From Candidatus Poribacteria bacterium (GTDB lineage: Bacteria; Poribacteria; WGA-4E; PCPOR2b), in assembly GCA_965116925.1 (NCBI GenBank), contig OZ220744.1, positions 5,408,001 to 5,472,000 of the forward strand: DNA of 64,000 nt. Direction: 5' to 3'. The position numbers and the translations under genes are program-made. Position 1 is the first letter of the stretch; every line of letters starts with the position of its first letter. The notes beneath the pieces are model-generated. The model saw only the letters and a list, made by a program, of their open reading frames with translations, made no database searches and was not told where the DNA came from. Of the stretch, positions 21,439 to 29,557 are shown piece after piece.

Positions 21439-21464
21439 GTAGGGGCGCACCTTGTGGACGCTCT
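21439..21464 (+). repeat. Degenerate GTAG-type REP-like hairpin
   Basis: GTAGGGGCGCACCTTGTGGACGCTCT. Confidence 0.6.
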
Positions 21465-21508
21465 TTGAGAACGCCGCCGCTTTTTTTACTAAGAAAAGGA
21501 AATTTGAT

Positions 21509-22675
21509 ATGACTATCAGACGATTTACCAGATTTACGCTTGTCTTGACAATTGTTGCTCTGATTACGGGACTTTCTGCCTGTGACCAGAGAGGGCAGCT
21601 TCTTATCCCCACAACGCCTCAGATGGAAGGACTCAATGGGGAGATTCCCATCGGCGTTGTCTTGCCGAGTACAGGGAGGCTCGCCGCGATTGGCTTACGG
21701 ATGGAAGAAGGTTTTGATCTAGCACGTGAAGAGATTAACAAACGCCCCAGCGGTGTGAGAATTAAGTTCATCATTGAGGACGATGAGACTAACGTTGAGG
21801 GTGCCATTGAAGCATTCAATAAACTGATCCACCAAGATGGCGTACCTGCTATTCTCGGTCCTGCCAGCTCAAGCGCGGCAAGAGAAACATTCCCAATCGC
21901 ACAGCAGAACCAAGTTGTCGCACTCAGCCCAACCTCGGGTGCCTCCGGCTTGAGCGCGATTGGTGATTTTGTCTTTCGTGCCAGCCTCACCGCAGATGTG
22001 GTTATCCCACACAGTGTCAGGCTGACGCACGCAAAGCTCGGCTATCAACGGGTAGTAACCATCGTTGACAGCGTCGAACTCGTCGCCCGGAATAGCGACA
22101 AGGTGTGGCGGGAAGCCCTCGTCGAAAGGGGTGTCGAGATTCTGACCACGGAAGTCTTCCAAAGTGGGGATACCGACCTGTCCGAACAACTAACTCGCAT
22201 CAAGAACCTAAATCCTGATGTCATCTTTATCTCCGCTTTGCCAACAGATATGCCTGACATTATGATTCAAGCACGTGAACTCGGTATTCCCTACTCAATC
22301 CCCTTTATCGTCGCCCAAGTTAGTGTAGATGAACTCCGAGCCGCCGGCGATGCCGCCGAAGGTCTGATAACCTCTGCAAGCTGGCTCAGCACCGCTGAAA
22401 CGCCGGGAAACCAAGCCTTCGTTCAGAATTATACCGAGAAATACGGCGTTGAGCCGAGCATCTGGGCAGCGCAGTCGTATGCATCCCTCTACATTCTCGC
22501 AGAGGCGATCGCCAACGCTCAATCTACCGATTCAACCGCTATTCGGGACGCGATGGCAAATCTCTCCGATTTTGATACTGTCTTGGGTAAATTTTCTTTT
22601 AACGCCGTCGGAGACACGGTTTATGATCCGATTATGCTAATCGTCAAGGACGGCGAGTTTCATGCCTTTGAGTAA
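21509..22675 (+). CDS. LivJ-type substrate-binding lipoprotein, copy 7
   Basis: LSAC lipobox; paralogous motifs. Confidence 0.9.
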   Translation: MTIRRFTRFTLVLTIVALITGLSACDQRGQLLIPTTPQMEGLNGEIPIGVVLPSTGRLAAIGLRMEEGFDLAREEINKRPSGVRIKFIIEDDETNVEGAIEAFNKLIHQDGVPAILGPASSSAARETFPIAQQNQVVALSPTSGASGLSAIGDFVFRASLTADVVIPHSVRLTHAKLGYQRVVTIVDSVELVARNSDKVWREALVERGVEILTTEVFQSGDTDLSEQLTRIKNLNPDVIFISALPTDMPDIMIQARELGIPYSIPFIVAQVSVDELRAAGDAAEGLITSASWLSTAETPGNQAFVQNYTEKYGVEPSIWAAQSYASLYILAEAIANAQSTDSTAIRDAMANLSDFDTVLGKFSFNAVGDTVYDPIMLIVKDGEFHAFE

Positions 22676-22717
22676 ATTCTGATTCAGATTACTTCCCAAC
22701 CCAGCACCGAGGAACAC

Positions 22718-23644
22718 ATGACCGTGCGAAAACAGAGTGCTCTGCTCCTCCTCCTTATCTGTGTGCTCGCGGCGTGTTCAGAACGTGACGATAATCCCAT
22801 TGTCGAGACAGATATCCCCAAGGAGCTAGCTGAGGAGTATACTCCAACCGAGCAGGGCGCATCGACATTCCGTCTCGCTGCATGGAATATCCGCATCTTT
22901 AGCAATGGCAGCCGGAATGACGAGGAGTTACGCCACATCGCCAAAGTGCTGATACGCTACGACTTTATCGCTATTGTTGAGTTGAGAGATGAGACAGTTT
23001 TGAGACGAACCGAAATGGTCTTGGAAGGCATGGGAAGGGATTACGACTACGTGATGAGTCCACTAGTCGGGGCAACAGTGAAGGAACGCTATGCCTTCCT
23101 GTTTGACCCGCGGATAGTCCGTGTTATCGAAGGTGGGGAGGTGTTCCCTGACCCCAAAGATGTCTTTCTGCGTGAACCGTATTTCGCCACCTTCAAGGCA
23201 GGCGAGTTTGACTTTACTGCAATCGCCGTGCATGTGATTTGGGGCGATTCGGTCCAACGGCGTCAGCGCGAGGTGCAGGAATTGGCGGATGTGTATCAGG
23301 CGGTGCAAGCGGCGGACGATACGGAACAGGACGTTATACTGTTAGGCGATTTTAATCGCAACCCTGATGATCAATTGGCGTACCGTCGGCTGCTGTCCAT
23401 CCCATCAATGCGACATCTGTTCCAATTCCCACAGAAGTCCCATATCAAAGATACCAGCCTCTACGACAACATCTTTTTCCAAACGCACCATGTGACCGAG
23501 TATACCGGAGACAGCGGGATTGAACGTTTCGACGAGATTCATTTCGGGAACGACGACGCTGCGGCATCACTAGCGGTAAGCGACCACCGACCTGTGTGGG
23601 GGATTTTTCGTACAGATGTAGACGACGATGGTTTACACCCTTGA
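22718..23644 (+). CDS. DNase I-like (EEP family) lipoprotein
   Basis: LAAC lipobox; AAWNIR, RYD...ELRD, KERYAFLF, REPY, LGDFN, YDNI, SDHRPV. Confidence 0.85.
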   Translation: MTVRKQSALLLLLICVLAACSERDDNPIVETDIPKELAEEYTPTEQGASTFRLAAWNIRIFSNGSRNDEELRHIAKVLIRYDFIAIVELRDETVLRRTEMVLEGMGRDYDYVMSPLVGATVKERYAFLFDPRIVRVIEGGEVFPDPKDVFLREPYFATFKAGEFDFTAIAVHVIWGDSVQRRQREVQELADVYQAVQAADDTEQDVILLGDFNRNPDDQLAYRRLLSIPSMRHLFQFPQKSHIKDTSLYDNIFFQTHHVTEYTGDSGIERFDEIHFGNDDAAASLAVSDHRPVWGIFRTDVDDDGLHP

Positions 23645-23687
23645 TGCTCCTAATGGATTGGTAAATTCATCAGACAATAAAAAAATG

Positions 23688-23803
23688 GCTTATATAAAAA
23701 AAGAGTGCAATTACGGTGAAAGGGGTGAGGGTGGGGAAACCAGATGCCCCGCCTACGGTTTTTGAGGTAAGTCGGCCCTGTTGCACTAAATCTTAACATG
23801 AGC
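23688..23803. mobile_element. MITE copy B
   Basis: Homologous to 6196-6308; right end TTGCACTAAATCTTAACATGAGC. Confidence 0.75.
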
Positions 23804-23973
23804 GAACCGAGAAAAGAAGACACAGACCACACTCCCGCAAAAGCGGGGGTAGGAACGGTGGACTGTCCCTGTCGAACATTCACAACGCCGATATACTGTG
23901 CCGGTAGCAGCGAAAAACTAGACGCTGATTTCATGTGGACATTCTATAAGTTGATTGGTGAACGCAAAGGGAT

Positions 23974-25227
23974 TTATCTTTGTGAATCATCCGGCGCGGC
24001 TAACACGCAGGCGTAGTGTTCCCCAACGGCTATGCTCATCGGCCGACACATCTGAAGCAGCGTAGTAGATAAAAAGTTGTTTTCTGGCACCTTAATCTCC
24101 TTATCCACTTTAACAAGGCGGATAATAGAAAAGAACCCCTTCGCATTGGCTACGTACAGCAGATTGCCCGAAATCTGAAAGTCTGTGACAGCCCCCATGG
24201 TCAACCTGTCGTCTATATCTATCGTCTCGCACACCTGATCTGGGGTAATTTGCTGAATCTTTCCATCACTAACAGTATACGCAATGGGCGTTTTGCTGCG
24301 AGCGAAGGTCTTTTGCCCTATCGCGGAGAAGCGGTCGAGACACCACCCCTCCATATCATAGTAGCTAACGCGTGTCCTTGTCCGAATATCACTAATGCTG
24401 CAGGCACTGTAAATCAGTAGATCGCAGGGTGTTGGCGTTAGAGTGCCTCCCAGACTCTCCAGTACCAGAAAATCAGACGATGCACGGACTTTTTCCTGTT
24501 TGCTGTTGGAGAGCTGTAAAAAACCGCGGCGAGACAGAAGCCCTGTCGGGAGGCCTCCGGGAAAAGTATCGTCTGAAGTGGAGAACAGAATCTGTTTCAC
24601 ACCGAGCCTTGCGTCCTTCGGCTGCAACACCCACCAGCGGGGCGATATTTCAACAACTTTGACGAGTCGAGCCTGTCCAAGAGCGATAGAAAAAATGTAC
24701 AGAGAGTCATTCGCACCCATAACATAGAGGTACAACCCACGAACATCAAAGTCTTTGATTACGTTTCGCTGGGGTAAATACATGGTCGATTGAAGTACAG
24801 GGTGCGCCGGCTGTGAAATATCAACGAGATGAAACTCTTGAGAGCTCGCTACAACGAGCTGGTTTCCAGAGATAACGGCTTTGCCGATTTCATCAGCAAA
24901 CTCGATAGATGTCAAGTATGAGGGACGTTGTAAGCTAGAGACATCAATGACGTGTAGGTGCCTTTCGGTCGTGACATACGCATGTTTTCCTGAAATCACG
25001 ACGGTGTTGTTTGGACGAACACGAAACGGAAGATGAATAGAAACTTCAACTGTCGGATATTCCACATCTTCCATCTCTATAATAGTGAAAATGCTCTCTT
25101 GTGGTTTTGCGGAGGTAATGGTTTCTGAGTTTGGCTTAACCTCTCTGACACTACACCCAAAGTTCACAAATATGAAGCACACTACACTCAGAAGAGTAAA
25201 CATTGATGGGGCAAAAACTTTTTTCAT
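23974..25227 (-). CDS. Hypothetical lipoprotein with LVIVD-like repeats
   Basis: NFGC lipobox; GKHAYV...LHVIDVS, FHLVDISQPAHP, GNLLYVA. Confidence 0.7.
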   Translation of the reverse strand: MKKVFAPSMFTLLSVVCFIFVNFGCSVREVKPNSETITSAKPQESIFTIIEMEDVEYPTVEVSIHLPFRVRPNNTVVISGKHAYVTTERHLHVIDVSSLQRPSYLTSIEFADEIGKAVISGNQLVVASSQEFHLVDISQPAHPVLQSTMYLPQRNVIKDFDVRGLYLYVMGANDSLYIFSIALGQARLVKVVEISPRWWVLQPKDARLGVKQILFSTSDDTFPGGLPTGLLSRRGFLQLSNSKQEKVRASSDFLVLESLGGTLTPTPCDLLIYSACSISDIRTRTRVSYYDMEGWCLDRFSAIGQKTFARSKTPIAYTVSDGKIQQITPDQVCETIDIDDRLTMGAVTDFQISGNLLYVANAKGFFSIIRLVKVDKEIKVPENNFLSTTLLQMCRPMSIAVGEHYACVLAAPDDSQR

Positions 25228-25416
25228 TGTTCTTTCTCCTATTCTGTTACAATTACATGCGTTATCTCATGCGGATCCTAGGAGGGTAGACCACGTAGTC
25301 AAACTTCCAGCAATTCTCCACCATGTAGCACATCAGATAATCGTTTAACTTCACCGGCCCGTACCCGCGAGCATGATTTCAACTAAAGTAATCCCTAGTG
25401 GAATCAATGACTTTGG

Positions 25417-25582
25417 TTATAGGACCCCGATGAGAAGCCAAATCCCCAGTCCAAATAACAATACTCCTGTCCCAACTTTCACGAGCATCAGATGCCGTTG
25501 TAATACACCACCCAGTTGCATCGACATCGTTCCCCAATACACAAGCCCAAACACCACAACTAGCGGCACGATAAACATCAGA
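25417..25582 (-). pseudogene. C-terminal remnant of a membrane protein (CcdA/DsbD-like cytochrome c biogenesis type), cut at the MITE
   Basis: LMFIVPLVVVFGLVYWG...VKVGTGVLLFGLGIWLL forms two TM helices; the 5' side abuts MITE copy C; family assignment is from memory. Confidence 0.55.
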
Positions 25583-25583
25583 G

Positions 25584-25695
25584 GCTCATGTAAAAAAGAG
25601 TGCAATTACGGTGAAAGGGGTGAGGGCGGAGCAAGATGCCCCGCCTACGATTTTTGAGGTAAGTCGGCCCTGTTGCACTAAACCTTAATATGAGG
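25584..25695. mobile_element. MITE copy C
   Basis: GCTCATGTAAAAAAGAGTGCAA...TTGCACTAAACCTTAATATGAG. Confidence 0.75.
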
Positions 25696-25739
25696 CAAAA
25701 AAATATCAAAGGTATCTACCCCCACCAGTTTCCCTCCGT

Positions 25740-28700
25740 TCAGTCCGCAAGCAGAATTTGGATTTGATCTTCAAGTTCATCGTCCCAGGTATGTCCGGTG
25801 ATTTTTCCCACTGTATTAATCAGAACAATCGGTGGCCACCTGATGGCGTATCGATCGAAGGTTTCGCCATCTGCACCGATGATCGTTGTCGGCTGATCTA
25901 GCGCAATTGAGTGAGATAGCGACTGTTCCGCTATATGTCGCTTGACCGTCTCTACTGCTGCCGTGGCGGGGCAGATGGTGATACAGACCAGTCCTTTTTC
26001 TCGATAGACCTCCTGCAGGGCATCTAACAGGCGTACTTGATGAAGGTCAAAGTCCCACGAATACCAAAAATGTAGGGCAACTGTCTTTCCCTTCAAATCT
26101 CCAATGGAGATAGGGGAGCCGGATAGCCACTCGGCAATACTCAACTCCGGTGCGGGTTGGTTCACCAAGGTTTCGGCACGTTCTTCGACGGCCTTGAAGT
26201 AAGCGCGCTCTGCTTCCCGTTTTGCTCGCTTTTCTGGGGTCGGCTCTGGTCTCGGTTCAGGCGGTGTCAGAGTTAAGACGAGATCGCGCTGATTCACTGC
26301 AATATCCTTAAAAGTTTTGTAGTCTTGGTCCTTAGCAGCATAGATTGACACCGTCGGATCCTTGATGTGCTTCAGTTCAAATTCGCCATATATGTTGGTG
26401 CGAACGCCACTGTAGATGTAGCCGGAGCTAGATTCTTCCTCTGTCTCCACCCTCATCCTCGCTCGCTCAATAGGTTTGCCATCAACATCCACCACCTTCC
26501 CAGTAAGGTATCCATCCGCCTTAACCAACACCAAGTCGTGATGTTGGTTGGTTTTCAAGATTTTAAATTGATGGTGTGCGTACTCTGGATGATTAATGGC
26601 CAGTTCGATAATAACAGCCATAGAAAGACCGTCTAACCGATAATCGCCGTTTTTATCGGTGCGTGCCTCCCAGAGTTCTGAACTCTGCTGTGTGAGTACT
26701 CGTGCACCACGGACCGGGACACCAGAGGTGTCGGTGACACGCCCTTCAAGGAAAAACTGACTGCCGACCGGTGACAGGACGAGATCCGCGATTTGGGTCA
26801 TTTCCGTCGTTGGGGTGAGCGTCTCGGTTTTCGCCTCCCGATACCCTTCTGCCTTCGCAGAAATTACGTACTCATCTCCAACGATAAGTCCAATTTCCCG
26901 GAACCAGCCATTGCCATCTGTCACAGTGACGATTCTACTACGTCCTCTGCGCAGCTGAGGTTCCCAACGCATCAGGCTAATGTTCGCCGATGGCATCGGT
27001 TCCCCTGCGCGGTTGACCACTCGCCCGGAGATCTTGACTTGCTCGTACTGTTCCATCTGAATCTCAACCGACGCGCCCGGTTGGACTTTGACCTCCGCCT
27101 TGCCACGTAATCTCAATCCGCTATGTTCCGCTTTGAGATTAAGACTCTGTCCGGTCTGCAATCCACCAACAGTAAACATCCCCAATTTGTCGGAGATGCC
27201 ATACTCCTTATGCCATACCTGCATGTCGGTAATTCTCGCACCGACGACCGGCTCACCAGTCTCCGCCAAAATGCGCCCCATCAACTCGATCCCTTTTGAA
27301 AACTGAAAATCAACAGCGACAGTTTCAGTTTCAGCGACATCCACATATTTCTTAATCTGCCCTACATTCTGATAATTCTCTGGTGCGCTGGTGTAGACCT
27401 TCGCCCGGCCGGGCGCGGCGTGGAAGCGATACCTACCGGTTTCATCCGTTTCCGTACCGTGAACCGCCGCCTGAGATTCTGGACGGGCAGCGTCGTGAAA
27501 ACTGATGTGGTGGTTGACAATCGGCTCGTTTGTGTCTTGGTCGGTCACCCGCCCAGTGATGAAGCCTCCCCTAACGAGGGTCAGGTCGATCTTGGAGACA
27601 GTCTGTCCTTCAGTAACTCTAATTAGTTCCTTGGCGACAGCTGTCCACCCCTCTGGACCCTTATTGAGATAGAGATTGTACATACCAGCGGGGAGGTTTT
27701 TCAAGAAATAGTTTCCATTTGCATCAACGTTTGCCCGTCCCCACCCGGTAGTTGGATGTATGCCCTGGAGTGCAACTGATGCATCCTTGACTGGTGCGCC
27801 GGTATCTGCGTAGGTAAGATGTCCCTCAATCCTGCCCTCAGGCTTCAGCCGGAATTCCAGTCCCTTCGTATCAACTGGCACCTGAAAGTGCATCTCCTGT
27901 GCGTATCCTGGTCCTTTAATCTCAAGGTTTGTTTTCACATTTTCCGGCAGTCCGCGGAGCACAAACAGTCCATTTGTATCGGTCTTGGCGGGAGGACTAG
28001 GTATCTCGTCTATCCCTAATCCAACTCCGCCTCCGCGTACTCCCGGCCTCCAGTTGGCACTGAACAGGTATTGGATGCGTACCTCCGCGTTCTGGATCGG
28101 CTCGTCCGCTTCGTTCATAATTCTGCCAGAGATGATTCCCGGCGTTGCGAGTTGAATCTTGACATCCGTCGTGCTTTGGGGTTGAAGGCTTTGCCATCCA
28201 ATCGCGTGATCAGGGTGCGTGGCAACAATGCTCACACGATCCCACCTCTTGAGTTCAAGACGTGGAAATTCAAAGCGAAACTTCCCATCTATTCCCGTGC
28301 GCGTGGCAGGTTCGGATGAATTGTCCCCTACGGAGTATAGCACTTCAGCATCTGCCACCGGTACACCATTGTTGTCAACGACGTTACCGGAAAAGATCAG
28401 TTTTTCGGCACCGTCGTCCGCTACAACAGCGGAGCGTTGTGCTTCGCCGGCACTTCCCGGCGTTGCTCTACGGGCAGCCAATTGACGGCCCTGCCCCTCT
28501 GAAGTAGGGCTAGAAGCGGTTCGTGGACGGTTTTCTGTTTGCGTCGGGGCAACCGGGATTGATGTGCGTGTTGCATCGGCGATAGGTGTCAGCAGTATCA
28601 CCTCGGTTGTCTCCTCTATTCCGATTCGATCTATTGACAGACTCATTGACGAATCGGTTCCATACCTAGCAATTCCGATTAAAACACATACTGCCATGAC

Positions 28701-29378
28701 TAGCGAAAATAGAATCTTGCCAATTGCTGTGCTACTCCACGACGACGCCATCGTCGGCGATGGTATATGGTGAATTTGCTCCATGAATTGCATGAGAAAA
28801 CCTCCTTTGAGTTTCTGGTTTTCCAAAAGCCTGCCGTAGCGTTCAGACAGTGCGTTCCCAAGTTGCTGACGTGCGCGGTACAATTTGCTCTTGACCGTGT
28901 TGACAGACACACCGAGAAATTCGGAGATCTCCTTCAACGAATTGTCGCCCATATAGAACATTGACACCGCAACTCGATTGTCATCGGGCAGCTCAGAGAG
29001 TGCCTGTTCCAGATCCACCCGCCAACCCTCTGTAGGAGTTGTGTGTGCCGGTTCGGTCCGTAAGGCATCGTCCGTAGCGTCCTCCAGCGCGGTTTCGCGC
29101 TGACGCGTTTTGATAACGCTCATCAGCTGGCGTTTGCACTGGTTGGACATGATCGTATAGAGCCAACTTCGGAACCGATGTGGCTGCCGGAGTTGATAGA
29201 GATGGTGATATGCCCGCCAGAAGACTTCCTGCGTGATATCCTGTGCATCCTCTTCGTTACGGACCTTCTGAAAGGCGTAGGCGTAGACCATATCCTGATA
29301 CTTGTGGACCAGCACTCCGAAGGCATCCCGATCGCCTGCCAATGTTTGGGACACTAACTTTTCATCGTCTGAACGCAT
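25740..29378 (-). CDS. Membrane-anchored ECF sigma factor with 8 carboxypeptidase-regulatory-like repeats and a C-terminal thioredoxin-like fold
   Basis: Sigma2 DAQDITQEVF...FRSWLYTI; sigma4 SLKEISEFLGVSVNTVKSKLYRAR; one TM; GxVxDxxGxP repeats; PAPELSIAEW...LKGKTVALHFW; RBS GGGAG. Confidence 0.9.
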   Translation of the reverse strand: MRSDDEKLVSQTLAGDRDAFGVLVHKYQDMVYAYAFQKVRNEEDAQDITQEVFWRAYHHLYQLRQPHRFRSWLYTIMSNQCKRQLMSVIKTRQRETALEDATDDALRTEPAHTTPTEGWRVDLEQALSELPDDNRVAVSMFYMGDNSLKEISEFLGVSVNTVKSKLYRARQQLGNALSERYGRLLENQKLKGGFLMQFMEQIHHIPSPTMASSWSSTAIGKILFSLVMAVCVLIGIARYGTDSSMSLSIDRIGIEETTEVILLTPIADATRTSIPVAPTQTENRPRTASSPTSEGQGRQLAARRATPGSAGEAQRSAVVADDGAEKLIFSGNVVDNNGVPVADAEVLYSVGDNSSEPATRTGIDGKFRFEFPRLELKRWDRVSIVATHPDHAIGWQSLQPQSTTDVKIQLATPGIISGRIMNEADEPIQNAEVRIQYLFSANWRPGVRGGGVGLGIDEIPSPPAKTDTNGLFVLRGLPENVKTNLEIKGPGYAQEMHFQVPVDTKGLEFRLKPEGRIEGHLTYADTGAPVKDASVALQGIHPTTGWGRANVDANGNYFLKNLPAGMYNLYLNKGPEGWTAVAKELIRVTEGQTVSKIDLTLVRGGFITGRVTDQDTNEPIVNHHISFHDAARPESQAAVHGTETDETGRYRFHAAPGRAKVYTSAPENYQNVGQIKKYVDVAETETVAVDFQFSKGIELMGRILAETGEPVVGARITDMQVWHKEYGISDKLGMFTVGGLQTGQSLNLKAEHSGLRLRGKAEVKVQPGASVEIQMEQYEQVKISGRVVNRAGEPMPSANISLMRWEPQLRRGRSRIVTVTDGNGWFREIGLIVGDEYVISAKAEGYREAKTETLTPTTEMTQIADLVLSPVGSQFFLEGRVTDTSGVPVRGARVLTQQSSELWEARTDKNGDYRLDGLSMAVIIELAINHPEYAHHQFKILKTNQHHDLVLVKADGYLTGKVVDVDGKPIERARMRVETEEESSSGYIYSGVRTNIYGEFELKHIKDPTVSIYAAKDQDYKTFKDIAVNQRDLVLTLTPPEPRPEPTPEKRAKREAERAYFKAVEERAETLVNQPAPELSIAEWLSGSPISIGDLKGKTVALHFWYSWDFDLHQVRLLDALQEVYREKGLVCITICPATAAVETVKRHIAEQSLSHSIALDQPTTIIGADGETFDRYAIRWPPIVLINTVGKITGHTWDDELEDQIQILLAD
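28791..28808 (-). promoter_or_regulatory. Candidate internal ribosome-binding site and in-frame ATG
   Basis: AAAGGAGG-7 nt-ATG(28793) directly after the sigma4 domain; same motif at 35763-35780. Confidence 0.5.
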
Positions 29379-29447
29379 AACAATCTCCCGATCCAAAAAG
29401 CGAAAATAACAATGGTTCCTCAATGAAATGTGGAAACCATTTAATAA

Positions 29448-29475
29448 TTAGATACATTAAGTTGCTCGGAGGTTG
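29448..29475 (-). promoter_or_regulatory. Candidate ECF-type promoter
   Basis: CAACCT-N17-TCTAA; conserved upstream of the paralog. Confidence 0.55.
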
Positions 29476-29557
29476 CGCTGCAAAGAAAAAAAATCGGTTG
29501 GATTGTAATGGTTAAGGCGGCAACTTGATTGGAAGTTCTTTAGTAATGCCCGTTTGC

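Noticed and set aside
12934..22675. Diversity-generating retroelement or invertase shufflon behind paralog variation
   Set aside because: No reverse transcriptase, template repeat or recombinase in the window; variation includes indels spread across whole genes
25262..25378. Protein-like minus-strand fragment NHARGYGPVKLNDYLMCYMVENCWKFDYVVYPPRIRMR*
   Set aside because: Possibly a gene relic, but no RBS, clear start or family can be assigned without a search
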